64,000 bases of DNA from Marinicella sp. (GCA_965230295.1 OZ246001.1:704001-768000); one strand, 5' to 3'. Positions 32,516 through 42,817 are shown, numbered from the stretch's first letter. Numbers and translations are program-made. Notes: generated by a model not told the origin, from the sequence alone.

Positions 32516-33508
32516 TCACAACAGCTGTTCATTGACCACCACGATTTTACCATCGCGTTTACCTCCGGACGCAGCGGCCACTGCTTGCTTGATGTCTTTA
32601 ACCGGATAAGTGGCATGGACCGGTGCTGACAATTTGCCTGTGGCGATCAAGCCGATCAAATGGCCATACAGTTCTTGTTGCTGTGCCGGGGTGGCTGTAC
32701 GAAACCATTTAGCCAACCAGAATCCTTTGACCGTAACATCCTTGAAGATAATCACAGAAGGCGCCAATAAACATGGCTCACCACTCATGGCGCCGTAATT
32801 AACCAAAGTGGCGCCGTCTGAAAGGGACTCACCCAGCCTGGCTGTTGCACTGCCACCCACTGCATCAATGCCTAATTTGACCGCGGTGCCATCCGTGGCC
32901 GTTTGGACCTGTTGTGCCAAATCCGGACCATCCACCAACACCACATCGGCACCGGCAGCCAGCATGGGTTCAACCAAGGATTCACGTCGCACCACATTGA
33001 TTGTTTTGAGGCCCCGTAATTTTGCCAGCGCAATCAAATACGAACCCACACCCGAATTGGCGGCATTTTGGACCACCCAATCACCGGCTTGTAGATCAAC
33101 AAACTCACTGAGCATCAGAGAAGCCGTCGGTGGATTGACTGTGATCATCGACAGTTGTATGGGATCCACCTCATTGGGCAGTGAAATCAAACCTTTGGCG
33201 TCGGCCACCATGTGTGTAGCCCAGGTTCCAATGCCAACAGGTAACAACACGGTTTGACCAATGGCTGGTTCATTCACTCCGGGGCCATGTCCTATGACTT
33301 TGGCCACACCTTCATTACCACCAATGGCAGGTAAAGGCGGTAACATGCCATATTGTCCGGTCAAAGTAAGCACATCAGATGGGTTGATAGGAGCGGCCAG
33401 CATTTCGAGCAAAACTTGCCCTGTTGACAACTCGGGTTGTTCAAAAGGAACGGCTTCAATGACATCTTGGGGTATGGGACCTCGGGTCTGGTATTCAGCT
33501 TTTAACAT
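32516..33508 (-). CDS. MDR-family trans-2-enoyl-thioester reductase-like oxidoreductase
   Basis: APINPSD, GGNEG, VNPPTA, QNAANSGVG, YGAMS, GFWL. Confidence 0.88.
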   Translation of the reverse strand: MLKAEYQTRGPIPQDVIEAVPFEQPELSTGQVLLEMLAAPINPSDVLTLTGQYGMLPPLPAIGGNEGVAKVIGHGPGVNEPAIGQTVLLPVGIGTWATHMVADAKGLISLPNEVDPIQLSMITVNPPTASLMLSEFVDLQAGDWVVQNAANSGVGSYLIALAKLRGLKTINVVRRESLVEPMLAAGADVVLVDGPDLAQQVQTATDGTAVKLGIDAVGGSATARLGESLSDGATLVNYGAMSGEPCLLAPSVIIFKDVTVKGFWLAKWFRTATPAQQQELYGHLIGLIATGKLSAPVHATYPVKDIKQAVAAASGGKRDGKIVVVNEQLL

Positions 33509-33578
33509 AATGGTTTCTCAGGTAAGGTTTGTTTTGTGATGCAAAGGTTTGTCTGATACAAGTAAGTACACGGCCAAT

Positions 33579-33893
33579 TCACTTTCTGATCACTTCCAAC
33601 TCAAATGATGACAATTTCATACATTGAGCCAGTTTGCGATACACTTTTCTTTCAAGTGGTGTGATGCCATCACCAAAATAATCATTCACCTCCACGCGAA
33701 CATCATGCTTGCCTTTCATAAAGCCAATTAAGCCCATTGATTTAGCACCATCGGCTAAACAACTGTGCGCTGCAGCAAAATCACCCACCAGCATCCTCGG
33801 GTATGAAAATGTTTTTTGTGACTTGAAAGTTCGGGTTTTTTGTTCGGTACTGATGACAAATTGATTTCTTTGGATTTTTATATTGACTTGCAT
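33579..33893 (-). CDS. YjaA-like small protein
   Basis: From ATG 33893: MQVNIKIQRNQF..FSYPRMLVGDF..A..GITPLE; the longer 156-aa track ORF runs into the tail of the upstream broken gene. Confidence 0.6.
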   Translation of the reverse strand: MQVNIKIQRNQFVISTEQKTRTFKSQKTFSYPRMLVGDFAAAHSCLADGAKSMGLIGFMKGKHDVRVEVNDYFGDGITPLERKVYRKLAQCMKLSSFELEVIRK

Positions 33894-33966
33894 GGACAGA
33901 TAATCAGTTTGGTTGGTGGTATTGAGTTTATTCAGTATACCAGCATGCGGGTCGAATTTTTGTGTG

Positions 33967-34610
33967 TTATTTTGGACATTTCTTCGGATCAAATGGATAG
34001 GGCAAAAAATTGATGTGTAAGTGGGGCCCGGTGCCATGTGATTGATCAATCACAGACGGGGTGAAGAGCTGACCATTCACCTCGTATGAATGGGTCCGAA
34101 ACACGCTGACCAACCTGGCCACATCCTGGCCACATCCTGGTCACTCATCCCACGGGTACCGATGTCAACGGCACGGTTGGATAAATGTTTTGAGATGAAA
34201 CAGTTTCTGGCCATTTGTTCTCTGATCCTGGCTTCAAGCCGTTCGACATTGATTTCATCCATCGCCTGGTATTCACGAATGGCTGCTTGATTCTCATAGA
34301 TCGAACAATCTCCTTTTGATAAGCACTGATGGATGTATCGGGCTTGTTCAGCTGGCGCCCTGGCAGAACCGGTCACCCTGATGCTGAACCATTGGGTGTC
34401 AAAACTTTTTTGCAGCAGGCAAAAATCAACCGCCATTTCATCCAAAGATGTCCTTATCTGGGCAGGTAATGGATCCACCGCGCCTACGGCTTTGGCTTGC
34501 TGGCATTGTTGATAGGTTTTGGCCATTATGTTGGCATGAAAGAAAAGCATGATCACAAAATACAATGAAGCAGTTTTCAAAGATCTGATTTTTGAGGGTG
34601 CTTTATTCAT
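33967..34610 (-). pseudogene. secreted M15-like (LAS-type) Zn peptidase, frameshifted by an 11-bp tandem duplication
   Basis: Signal peptide; SKHLSNRAVDI (SxHxxxxAxD); removing one CCTGGCCACAT copy restores a 210-aa frame ending HGTGPHLHINF..CPK* with the HxH motif. Confidence 0.72.
34114..34140. repeat. 11-bp tandem repeat (CCTGGCCACAT x2 + CCTGG)
   Basis: Direct reading of the sequence. Confidence 0.95.
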
Positions 34611-34627
34611 CGTTACCTATTTTTCGT

Positions 34628-36694
34628 TCAAACTTTTGCCAACTCTTGAGCATTTCTTTGCCAACGTTGGATGATCTGTTCACAAGCGGCGGGGTTTGAT
34701 TTCAACAAATCTGCCGCCATCCCTTTGGCTTGTTGAAATAATGCAGCATCTTGTTCAGGATTGGAAAACCGAAATTCCATGCTGCCTTTTTGTCGGGTGC
34801 CCAGGATTTCACCAGGTCCACGTAACTTGAGGTCTTGCCGAGCAATTTTAAACCCGTCGTTGGTTTCACGCATGGTGGTCAGGCGCACCTGGGCATTCTC
34901 GGTCAGTGGTGCCTGATACATCAACACACAATGGCTTTGGCGGTTGCCCCGGCCTACCCGGCCGCGCAGTTGATGCAATTGTGACAAACCCAATCGTTCG
35001 GCATTTTCAATCACCATCAAACTGGCATTGGGCACGTCCACACCGACTTCGATAACCGTGGTAGCAACCAACAACTGAATCTGATTGGCCTTGAATCGAT
35101 CCATCACGGCTTGTTTCTCGTCACTTTTCAAACGGCCATGGATCAGCCCCACTGACAGATCAGGGAACCAATCCTTGAGCTCCTCAAACGTATCCTGAGC
35201 GGCCTTGGCGCGCATGTGTTCTGATTCTTCGATCAACGTACATACCCAATAGGCCTGTTCTCCCTGACCGCAGGCGTGGCGGATCCGTTCTGCCAATTGT
35301 TGCATTTTTTGGTTATCCAGCAACACAGTGTTGATGACTTTGCGGTTGGGTGGCAGTTCATCAATCACTGAAATGTCGAGGTTGGCATAGGCAATTTGAG
35401 CCAGTGTCCTGGGGATTGGCGTGGCCGTCATGATCAGATTATGCGGCATCAATGCATTGGTGTTATCCACACTGGCCTGACCCTTTTGTTTCAACATCAA
35501 CCTTTGGTGAACCCCGAAACGGTGCTGCTCATCAATGATGACCAGCGCCAAGTCACGATAAACCACATCGGCTTGAAATAAGGCATGGGTCCCAATGATC
35601 ACATCTGCATCTGCAGCGATGGCTGCAAGTACTTCAGTTCGGGCCTGACCTTTGATTTTGCCAGACAAAAAGACCACCTTTTTATCAGGAAAATAATCCA
35701 CCAGGGTCAGCAGGTGTTGCTCTGCCAAGATTTCTGTCGGTGCCATCATCACCGCTTGCTTGCCATGGACCAAGGCAGCTTGCATGGCCAGGGCTGCCAC
35801 CACGGTTTTACCACTGCCCACATCGCCTTGGACCAAACGTTGCATGGGATGGTTCCTCCCCAGGTCTTGGTGAATTTCAGCCACCACCCGATTTTGTGCA
35901 CTGGTCAACTCAAAAGGTAAACGAGTCAACAACTGTTGGGTTTGTTCTGCTGATACCGCCAGCCAAGGCGCATTGAGTTGTTCAATCGCAGTCCGCGCTT
36001 GGTGCATGGCCAAGAAATGCGCCAAAATTTCTTCAATCTTCAACCGCTGTTGGGCGGGATGAGTTTGATTCAACAGTTGCAGCACGTCTGCATCAGGCGG
36101 CGGCTGATGCACAAAGGACAACGCATCGGTCAAGATCGGCATCTGTTGTTCTGCCAACCAATCTGCCGGTAACAATTCAACCAGATCAAACTGTCCTGAA
36201 GCCATTAGACAGACCGCTTGGGCGGCAGCCTTCTGTAATAACTTTTGCGAGACCCCTTCGGATTTCGGATAAATCGGGGTTAAGGATCGAGCCAATGCCG
36301 GCTGTTTGTCACCCAGGCTGAATTCCGGGTGAATGATTTCCATGCCATACATGCCATGGCGAATTTCACCATAGGCACGTATTCGAGTACCGGCGCGCAT
36401 TTTAATTTTTTGTGAATAATAGAAATTGAAAAACTTCAACTGCATCACCGCAGTGCCGTCATCAATTTCACACACTAAAATGGGCCTGCGCCCCTGCGTG
36501 ACATAGGATTTGACGATTTCCCCTTCGACCTGGGCATATTGGAACCCCACCAACGCACCAATGTCAGTGATCCTGGTTTTGTCTTCATAACGCAACGGCA
36601 GGTGGAACAACAAATCCATCACATCGGACAAACCCAAGGTCAACAGTTTTTCTGCAGTGGTTTTCCCGATGCCTTTAAGTTCTGTTAATTCCAT
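34628..36694 (-). CDS. recG: ATP-dependent DNA helicase RecG
   Basis: QGDVGSGKT, MAPTEILAEQH, DEQHRFGV, TATPIPRT, HQLRGRVGRG. Confidence 0.97.
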   Translation of the reverse strand: MELTELKGIGKTTAEKLLTLGLSDVMDLLFHLPLRYEDKTRITDIGALVGFQYAQVEGEIVKSYVTQGRRPILVCEIDDGTAVMQLKFFNFYYSQKIKMRAGTRIRAYGEIRHGMYGMEIIHPEFSLGDKQPALARSLTPIYPKSEGVSQKLLQKAAAQAVCLMASGQFDLVELLPADWLAEQQMPILTDALSFVHQPPPDADVLQLLNQTHPAQQRLKIEEILAHFLAMHQARTAIEQLNAPWLAVSAEQTQQLLTRLPFELTSAQNRVVAEIHQDLGRNHPMQRLVQGDVGSGKTVVAALAMQAALVHGKQAVMMAPTEILAEQHLLTLVDYFPDKKVVFLSGKIKGQARTEVLAAIAADADVIIGTHALFQADVVYRDLALVIIDEQHRFGVHQRLMLKQKGQASVDNTNALMPHNLIMTATPIPRTLAQIAYANLDISVIDELPPNRKVINTVLLDNQKMQQLAERIRHACGQGEQAYWVCTLIEESEHMRAKAAQDTFEELKDWFPDLSVGLIHGRLKSDEKQAVMDRFKANQIQLLVATTVIEVGVDVPNASLMVIENAERLGLSQLHQLRGRVGRGNRQSHCVLMYQAPLTENAQVRLTTMRETNDGFKIARQDLKLRGPGEILGTRQKGSMEFRFSNPEQDAALFQQAKGMAADLLKSNPAACEQIIQRWQRNAQELAKV

Positions 36695-36731
36695 ATTTTC
36701 ATCAGGATCTTTGTGGACCGCTGATCAAGAA

Positions 36732-37112
36732 TTATTCCATGGCAATGATGGCATCAATTTCAATCATGGCATCTTTAGGTAAGCGCGCCACCTGAACAGC
36801 TGCCCTGGCAGGATAAGGTTCATTGATGTGCTCACCCATGATTTGATTCAAAGCGGCAAAATTTTCTAAGTCTTGTAAAAACACATTCAACTTAATGGCA
36901 TTTTGCAAGGATGTGCCGGCCGCATCGGCCAAGGCTTTGAGGTTGTTAAAAACCTGGTGTGCTTGCAGTACGAAATCTTCCGGCAGCATCTCACCTGTGG
37001 CCGGATCAATAGGAATCTGCCCTGAAGTGTATAGGGTGTCGCCGTGAACTATGGCTTGTGAATAGGTGCCAATGGCCGCCGGGGCTTGGTCTGTGTTAAT
37101 TATTTTTTTCAT
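36732..37112 (-). CDS. RidA/YjgF family enamine/imine deaminase
   Basis: APAAIGTYSQA, SGQIP, YPARAAVQV..LPK. Confidence 0.93.
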   Translation of the reverse strand: MKKIINTDQAPAAIGTYSQAIVHGDTLYTSGQIPIDPATGEMLPEDFVLQAHQVFNNLKALADAAGTSLQNAIKLNVFLQDLENFAALNQIMGEHINEPYPARAAVQVARLPKDAMIEIDAIIAME

Positions 37113-39276
37113 GATAAACTCGTTTTACATTCAGTACTTCTCGATGGCTCTGTAATTGATCCATCAGGTTTTGGGCATGACTCTTGTTTTCCACTTCAAC
37201 AGTGAACAACAATTGCGAAAAACCAGTGTCTTTGTCTTTTTGATCAATGGTCACAATATTGATGTCTTCACCAGCAATCACTGCGGCCAAATTGGCCAAT
37301 ACGCCGGTGCGATTAACCACATCCACTTCCAGTGATGTTTTGAAATTACCTGTGGTGTTAACACTCCAGCTACATTGCACCTCTCTTTCTGGTGAACTTT
37401 TCAGGGTTTCTGCCAGATTGATACAGCCACTGCGATGAATGACCACGCCTTTGGTGGGGCTGAGGTAGCCGGTGATCTGATCGCCGGGGATGGGCATACA
37501 GCAATTGGGGAAGTTGACAATCGACCCTTCCGTTCCATCGATGGTTAATGATTCTTTGGGTTGGTAGTCTTTATTTAACCGCCTTTGCTTCATCAATGGC
37601 ATCAGTTTTCTGGCAGCAATAGAGGGTAATAACTGACCAAAAGCAAAGGCCTTTAACAACTCATCCATGGAATTCAATTGGTAGTGTTTCAAAACCCGTT
37701 TGATGGATCTGGGGTCTAATTTCTCAAATGAATAGCCAAAGGTGTCCAGTGCCCGATCTAACATTCGGTGACCTAAAATCAAGGCATCTTCATCTTTGAT
37801 GTCTTTCAATTCCTTGCGGATCGCCGTCCTGGCTTTACTGGTGACCACCATTCGCAGCCAGTCCGGATTAACCGTCAACCCTTTGGCTGTTTTGATCGAC
37901 ACAGAATCTCCAGTATCAAGCAACTGGGATAAAGTAGCCGGGTTACCATTGACGACTGCACTTTCAGCATGCGATCCCACTGAGGTGTGAATGGCATAGG
38001 CGAAATCAAGCACTGTAGATTTGCTGGGCATTTGCACGATGTCGCCTTTGGGGGTAAACACATAGATCTCATCTGTACCTAAATCACCTTTCAAATTTTC
38101 ATAAAACTCCAAAGAACTTCCTGAGTCCTTCTGCAGTTTCAAGAGCGAATTCAACCAACTTCTGGCTTTGGTTAATGATTGGGTTTGTTGAGCGTCTTTG
38201 TGCTTATACAACCAATGTGCAGCAACACCTGCTTCAGACAGCTGGTCCATTTCCTCGGTCCGGATCTGAACCTCTAATTTCATGCCAAAGGGACCCGTCA
38301 CTACAGAGTGTAGCGATTGATAGCCGTTTTGTTTAGGCACCGCAATATAATCTTTGAAACCATTCTCGTTTGGCGGATACAAATTGTGTATCACCCCCAA
38401 AGCCAAATAGCATTGGTGCAACTCTTTGACCACAATCCGCACCCCAAACAAATCATGGATGTCTTCAATTTCCACCTGTTTGGACTTGATCTTCTTATAA
38501 GTGCTGTAAGCCGATTTCTGCCGCCCAGTTACCTCAGCATGCATGGCCGATTCCAACAGCGCTTTTTCAATGTTCTTACGGATTTTCTCAACAGCCTTTT
38601 TGCGGTTTCCTGCAATCTTCTTTGAGGTGTCCTTGATGGCCTTGTATTGATTGGGGTGCAAAGCTTGGAAAGCGTGGTCTTCCAGTTCATGCTGGATGGC
38701 TTTCAAGCCCATGCGTTCTGCAATCGGCGCATAAACATCCAATGTTTCTCTTGAAATGCGTCTTTGTCCTGATGCACTCATGGCACCGATGGTTCGCATA
38801 TTATGTAATCGATCAGACAATTTGATGATGATCACCCGAATGTCATCCGCCATGGCGAACAACATCTTCACGAAAGTTTCTGCCTGGGCTTCTTTCAGGT
38901 TGCGGAATTTTAATTTATCTAACTTGGTGACCGCTTCCACCAAATAAGCCACGTCTTCATTGAAGTGCTCGGTGATGTCGGCATGGGTCACATCGGTGTC
39001 TTCGATGGTGTCATGCAACACCCCCGCGATCAAAGTGTCCAGATCAACCCGCAGCTCTGCCAACACAGTGGCTACAGTTATGGGATGGGTTATGTAGGGC
39101 TCGCCAGATTTGCGGATTTGTTTTTCATGCGCGTGGGCGCCAAAATGAACTGCTTCTCTGAGCTTGGATTTTTCTTCAGGATTGAGATAAGGATTGGTGG
39201 TTTCTTTGAGCGATTTGAAAGCGGCTTGAACGGCTTTGTGGCTCATGGTTTTGGATGTGAATGACAACTCAGTCAC
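37096..39276 (-). CDS. spoT: bifunctional (p)ppGpp synthetase/hydrolase
   Basis: RKSGEPYITHP, intact HD (LHDTIED), DRLHNMRT, YQSLH, TGS and ACT domains; follows rpoZ. Confidence 0.94.
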   Translation of the reverse strand: MTELSFTSKTMSHKAVQAAFKSLKETTNPYLNPEEKSKLREAVHFGAHAHEKQIRKSGEPYITHPITVATVLAELRVDLDTLIAGVLHDTIEDTDVTHADITEHFNEDVAYLVEAVTKLDKLKFRNLKEAQAETFVKMLFAMADDIRVIIIKLSDRLHNMRTIGAMSASGQRRISRETLDVYAPIAERMGLKAIQHELEDHAFQALHPNQYKAIKDTSKKIAGNRKKAVEKIRKNIEKALLESAMHAEVTGRQKSAYSTYKKIKSKQVEIEDIHDLFGVRIVVKELHQCYLALGVIHNLYPPNENGFKDYIAVPKQNGYQSLHSVVTGPFGMKLEVQIRTEEMDQLSEAGVAAHWLYKHKDAQQTQSLTKARSWLNSLLKLQKDSGSSLEFYENLKGDLGTDEIYVFTPKGDIVQMPSKSTVLDFAYAIHTSVGSHAESAVVNGNPATLSQLLDTGDSVSIKTAKGLTVNPDWLRMVVTSKARTAIRKELKDIKDEDALILGHRMLDRALDTFGYSFEKLDPRSIKRVLKHYQLNSMDELLKAFAFGQLLPSIAARKLMPLMKQRRLNKDYQPKESLTIDGTEGSIVNFPNCCMPIPGDQITGYLSPTKGVVIHRSGCINLAETLKSSPEREVQCSWSVNTTGNFKTSLEVDVVNRTGVLANLAAVIAGEDINIVTIDQKDKDTGFSQLLFTVEVENKSHAQNLMDQLQSHREVLNVKRVYHEKNN

Positions 39277-39312
39277 ATCCAGAACCTCATTGATTTTAGA
39301 TCAGAATAAGCC

Positions 39313-39591
39313 TTACTCTGCGTCTTCATTGTCTTGAGTTTCAGCAGCTGCATTCCAGGCCTCTAACTCTCTGGCTCTCTTGGCTTCTAATTCCAATTCG
39401 GCCAAAACTTCTTCATTGATTTTATCTTCGGCGATTTCACGCAATGCCAATACAGTTGGCTTGTCGTTTTCTTCTTCTACCATGGGCTCTTGACCATTAG
39501 AGATCAGGCGTGCTCTTTTAGCCGCCATCAACACCAAATCAAACCTGTTTTGTACTTTTTCTAAGCAATCTTCTACAGTCACTCGTGCCAT
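39313..39591 (-). CDS. rpoZ: RNA polymerase omega subunit
   Basis: [25 protein letters not shown]. Confidence 0.97.
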   Translation of the reverse strand: MARVTVEDCLEKVQNRFDLVLMAAKRARLISNGQEPMVEEENDKPTVLALREIAEDKINEEVLAELELEAKRARELEAWNAAAETQDNEDAE

Positions 39592-39697
39592 AACACTTCC
39601 ATCAAATTCTAGCTAATCGCGCATTGTAATCAAAATGGCCTTGAATATCAAAGCTTATTGGCGCTTGATTGAGCAATTTTTTACTGGCCACAGCGGG

Positions 39698-41185
39698 TCA
39701 ACGTCTACCTATACCGCGGTCTGCAGCTATTTCTTGTTGCCTCTCTCGATCGGTGATCAAAGGTTCATAGGCAGCAATCAAAGCATTGATTTCTGATGAT
39801 TGGTAATAATCAAGATCGTCGTCTTTACTTAAGTTACGCAAAATCCTGACCGCTCGGTAGTTGCGTCCCATTAAATGTTCCTTGCGAGCCATGGCTTCAC
39901 CCGATTGAACCGGCTTTAATGCATTGTAGTAAGCAATGGACAACAAATCGTAGTAATGCGGATTATTGGGCTGCGACAACACCAACTTTCTCACATTCTT
40001 GATGGCACCATCAACCCAATCCAATTCTTTGGATTGCAACATGACCCGAGCAGTGGTTTCAAGAACCACATCATTATCAGGGTACCAGCGCAACACGTCA
40101 TCAATCATGACTTTTGCTTTGTCCCGATCAACCTGTGCCATCACTTCAACTTTCAACAAATCGACCAAGTGTTTGGCACTGGAAGCTGGCGTAATCCGCT
40201 GCAAGGCTTGCCAGGCCGCTTCAAAGTTATTGTTTTGATACTCAAACAAAGCCAGTCCATACAGCATGGCATTGAGTTTAGGGCCGCCTTGGCTAATGTT
40301 TTCTTTGAAGTAAGCATCTAAGTCTGTGAACTCATCTGCCGTCAGTACCTTGACCCTTTGTTTGACATAATCATATATCACCGACTCAAATACCGGTTTA
40401 CTGGTGAATGCTTTTAAACGGTTGCGTGCTTCTGTGACTCGATTGACACTTAAGGGGTGGGTGCGTAAGTATTCGGGCAGTTGGTAACGTGGGTCGATGC
40501 GATTCTTTTGCATCAATTTGGCAAAAAAAGTGGCCATGCCTTCGGGATTCAGACCTGCATCGTGTAATGTGTTGATACCAACGCGATCGGCTTCATATTC
40601 ATGATAACGGGTGAAGTTAATGGCCAATTGCTGTTGAATGGCAGACATACTGGCAGCAATGGCTATCGGTGCATCACTGCTGCTGGAAGACTGTGCGGCT
40701 GCAATGGCAGCCAACATGCCTAACAAAACAGGTACCGTTGACTTCTGTTGTTTGGCCATCATTCTTGAAATGTGTCGCTGATTGACATGGGCAATTTCAT
40801 GCGCCAACACACCAGCCAGTTCGCTTTCATTATCTGTTTCTAACAGCAAGCCACTGTAAACCACGATCAAGCCACCTGGATAGGCAGACGCATTGATCAC
40901 ATTAGCAGGGACCATAAAAAAGTCAAAAGGCTGATCTGGCTTGTTAGAAAATGCAGCCAATCGATAACCCAGATGATATATGTATGAGGCCACTATGGGA
41001 TCAGTCATGACAAAGTTATACTGATACATCTGTTGTTTTATGTTTTGTCGATACCTTTGTTCATCATCAGCCGATAACACTTTATCTGCAGGATTGCCCA
41101 AATCAGGAAGCTTGAATTCCGCTTGCGCGCCTACCTGTGACAACAAAACAATGATTGTGGCCAGGAATATTTTTTTCATTTTCAT
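39698..41185 (-). CDS. bepA: M48 family metalloprotease with TPR domain (BepA-like)
   Basis: Signal peptide, LPDLG, INASAYPGG, HEIAH, EYEADR.G, LRTHP. Confidence 0.88.
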   Translation of the reverse strand: MKMKKIFLATIIVLLSQVGAQAEFKLPDLGNPADKVLSADDEQRYRQNIKQQMYQYNFVMTDPIVASYIYHLGYRLAAFSNKPDQPFDFFMVPANVINASAYPGGLIVVYSGLLLETDNESELAGVLAHEIAHVNQRHISRMMAKQQKSTVPVLLGMLAAIAAAQSSSSSDAPIAIAASMSAIQQQLAINFTRYHEYEADRVGINTLHDAGLNPEGMATFFAKLMQKNRIDPRYQLPEYLRTHPLSVNRVTEARNRLKAFTSKPVFESVIYDYVKQRVKVLTADEFTDLDAYFKENISQGGPKLNAMLYGLALFEYQNNNFEAAWQALQRITPASSAKHLVDLLKVEVMAQVDRDKAKVMIDDVLRWYPDNDVVLETTARVMLQSKELDWVDGAIKNVRKLVLSQPNNPHYYDLLSIAYYNALKPVQSGEAMARKEHLMGRNYRAVRILRNLSKDDDLDYYQSSEINALIAAYEPLITDRERQQEIAADRGIGRR

Positions 41186-41346
41186 ATTGTATGGTTTTGA
41201 CCATGAAATACACGTTAAATTCATTCAATTCTACGATTTATTCAATCAACTGATTTCAGAATATGACCCAATAAATGATTGATTCTTTCAAGCAAAAATT
41301 TTATTAATACAAAACCACTTGGTCAATCTTTGGTTACAATAAGCCC

Positions 41347-41679
41347 ATGAAATTTTGCTTACTCATCAATGCTTCTACCCAATGGTTTGCCAGCCATCAA
41401 AATGCACTGCCTTTGGTTCGTGCGATGTGCGATGCGGGGCACGAAATTCATGCCGTGTTTATGTATGGTGAGGCAGTCAGGGTGATTGAAAACAATGAAC
41501 TACTCAAAGCATGGCAACAGTGTCATGAAGACCATCAAATTCCTTTGTTATTGTGCAGCACGCAGTTGGCAAACCTAGACATCGAACCAGCAACAGAAAT
41601 TTACGGCTTCGAAGTGGCTGGCTTGGCCAGCTTAACCCAGGCGATGGAAGCGGCAGACCGAACACTGGAGTTAACATGA
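41347..41679 (+). CDS. tusD: TusD/DsrE-like sulfur relay protein
   Basis: GHEIHAVFMYGEAV, conserved Cys in LLLCST, FEVAGLASL; first gene of a four-gene overlapping operon. Confidence 0.75.
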   Translation: MKFCLLINASTQWFASHQNALPLVRAMCDAGHEIHAVFMYGEAVRVIENNELLKAWQQCHEDHQIPLLLCSTQLANLDIEPATEIYGFEVAGLASLTQAMEAADRTLELT

Positions 41680-41981
41680 TGAGAACACTCTTTGTGATCA
41701 ACAGAGTAACCGATCAAACTTGGTTAGAAAATCAGTACTTGTTGTGTCTGGCCATGTTGAATTTTGATCACCAAGTGAATGTGGTGTTTGTTGAAGATGC
41801 TTTTGAACAAGTCATGCAGCTAGAAGCAACTGCCAAACAATGGTCTGCATTGAGCTTGTATGGTGCTCAAGTATTTCAATTAACAGACCCTACGAACCAT
41901 GGCCATTCTGATAACAGGTTATCACCAATCAATGAAGCTGAATTTGACCGCTTGAAAACCGAAATGGATTTTATCTCATGA
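41676..41981 (+). CDS. tusC: TusC/DsrF-like protein (divergent)
   Basis: ATGA overlap with tusD; FDHQVNVVFVEDA, ALSLYG. Confidence 0.65.
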   Translation: MMRTLFVINRVTDQTWLENQYLLCLAMLNFDHQVNVVFVEDAFEQVMQLEATAKQWSALSLYGAQVFQLTDPTNHGHSDNRLSPINEAEFDRLKTEMDFIS

Positions 41982-42244
41982 GCACCTTACACCTGTATCA
42001 TTGGCGCAACCAGCAAACATTGACGCAACATTTACAGCTGATGGGACACTCAGACAGTTTGGTCATCTATGGTGAGTTATCTGACGAAGACCTCATATTC
42101 ACACAAACTGCAATGATCAGCACACCACATTCATGGTACCTTGTAAAAACCGGCAAAGACCCCATTAAGGATGCCCATGAGATCAATGTGATGCAATGGC
42201 AACAATTGATCACTGAACATAACAACACATGGGCCTGGAAATGA
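41978..42244 (+). CDS. tusB: TusB/DsrH-like protein (divergent)
   Basis: ATGA overlap; MSTLH start and C-terminal W; operon position. Confidence 0.6.
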   Translation: MSTLHLYHWRNQQTLTQHLQLMGHSDSLVIYGELSDEDLIFTQTAMISTPHSWYLVKTGKDPIKDAHEINVMQWQQLITEHNNTWAWK

Positions 42245-42552
42245 TTGAGATAGCCACTGACCAACACGGACATTTAAGCGACCGCAGACAATGGAATCGC
42301 GAAGTGGCTGTGCACTTGGCCCATTCAGATCAAATAGAACTCACAGAAGCTCATTGGGAACTGTTGACCTTGGTTCAGAAACTTTATGACATCACCGGCG
42401 ATACACCACCGATGCGGTTATTGATTAAATTTTTACGTCAAGAATTAAACCCTGAGATTGACTCCAGGTATTTGTATCGGCTGTATCCTGATGGCCCAGT
42501 TCGCTTGGCCAGTAAACATGCCGGCTTACCCAAACCCAAACATTGTATGTAA
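42241..42552 (+). CDS. tusE: TusE/DsrC family sulfur relay protein
   Basis: TD..G.L, IELTEAHW, YLYRLYPDGP, AGLPKPKHC with penultimate Cys. Confidence 0.9.
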   Translation: MIEIATDQHGHLSDRRQWNREVAVHLAHSDQIELTEAHWELLTLVQKLYDITGDTPPMRLLIKFLRQELNPEIDSRYLYRLYPDGPVRLASKHAGLPKPKHCM

Positions 42553-42562
42553 CAAAAACACC

Positions 42563-42817
42563 ATGAACGAAATCACCATATACAGCACCTTGATTTGCCC
42601 TTATTGCAATGCAGCCAAACAGTTATTGAAAAGCAAGGGTTTAGAATATCAGGAAATACGGGTTGATCAGGATCGACAACAAAGGTTGGTCATGATGGAA
42701 AAATCTGGCCGAACCAGTGTGCCGCAAATTTTCATCAATGGAAAACATGTTGGTGGATTTGATGACTTGAATGCCATCAACCGTTCAGGTCAACTGGATC
42801 AAATGCTGGCAGGTTAA
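42563..42817 (+). CDS. grxC: glutaredoxin 3
   Basis: CPYC, SVPQIFI, GGFDDL; ATG 42563. Confidence 0.93.
   Translation: MNEITIYSTLICPYCNAAKQLLKSKGLEYQEIRVDQDRQQRLVMMEKSGRTSVPQIFINGKHVGGFDDLNAINRSGQLDQMLAG

Noticed and set aside
33894-34049. N-terminal 52 aa of the 156-aa track ORF
   Set aside because: Overlaps the restored 3' end of the frameshifted peptidase; the downstream ATG at 33893 fits better
41347-42552. Dissimilatory sulfur oxidation genes dsrEFH-dsrC
   Set aside because: The DsrC-like protein has only one C-terminal Cys and no dsrAB is nearby; consistent with the Tus tRNA thiolation relay
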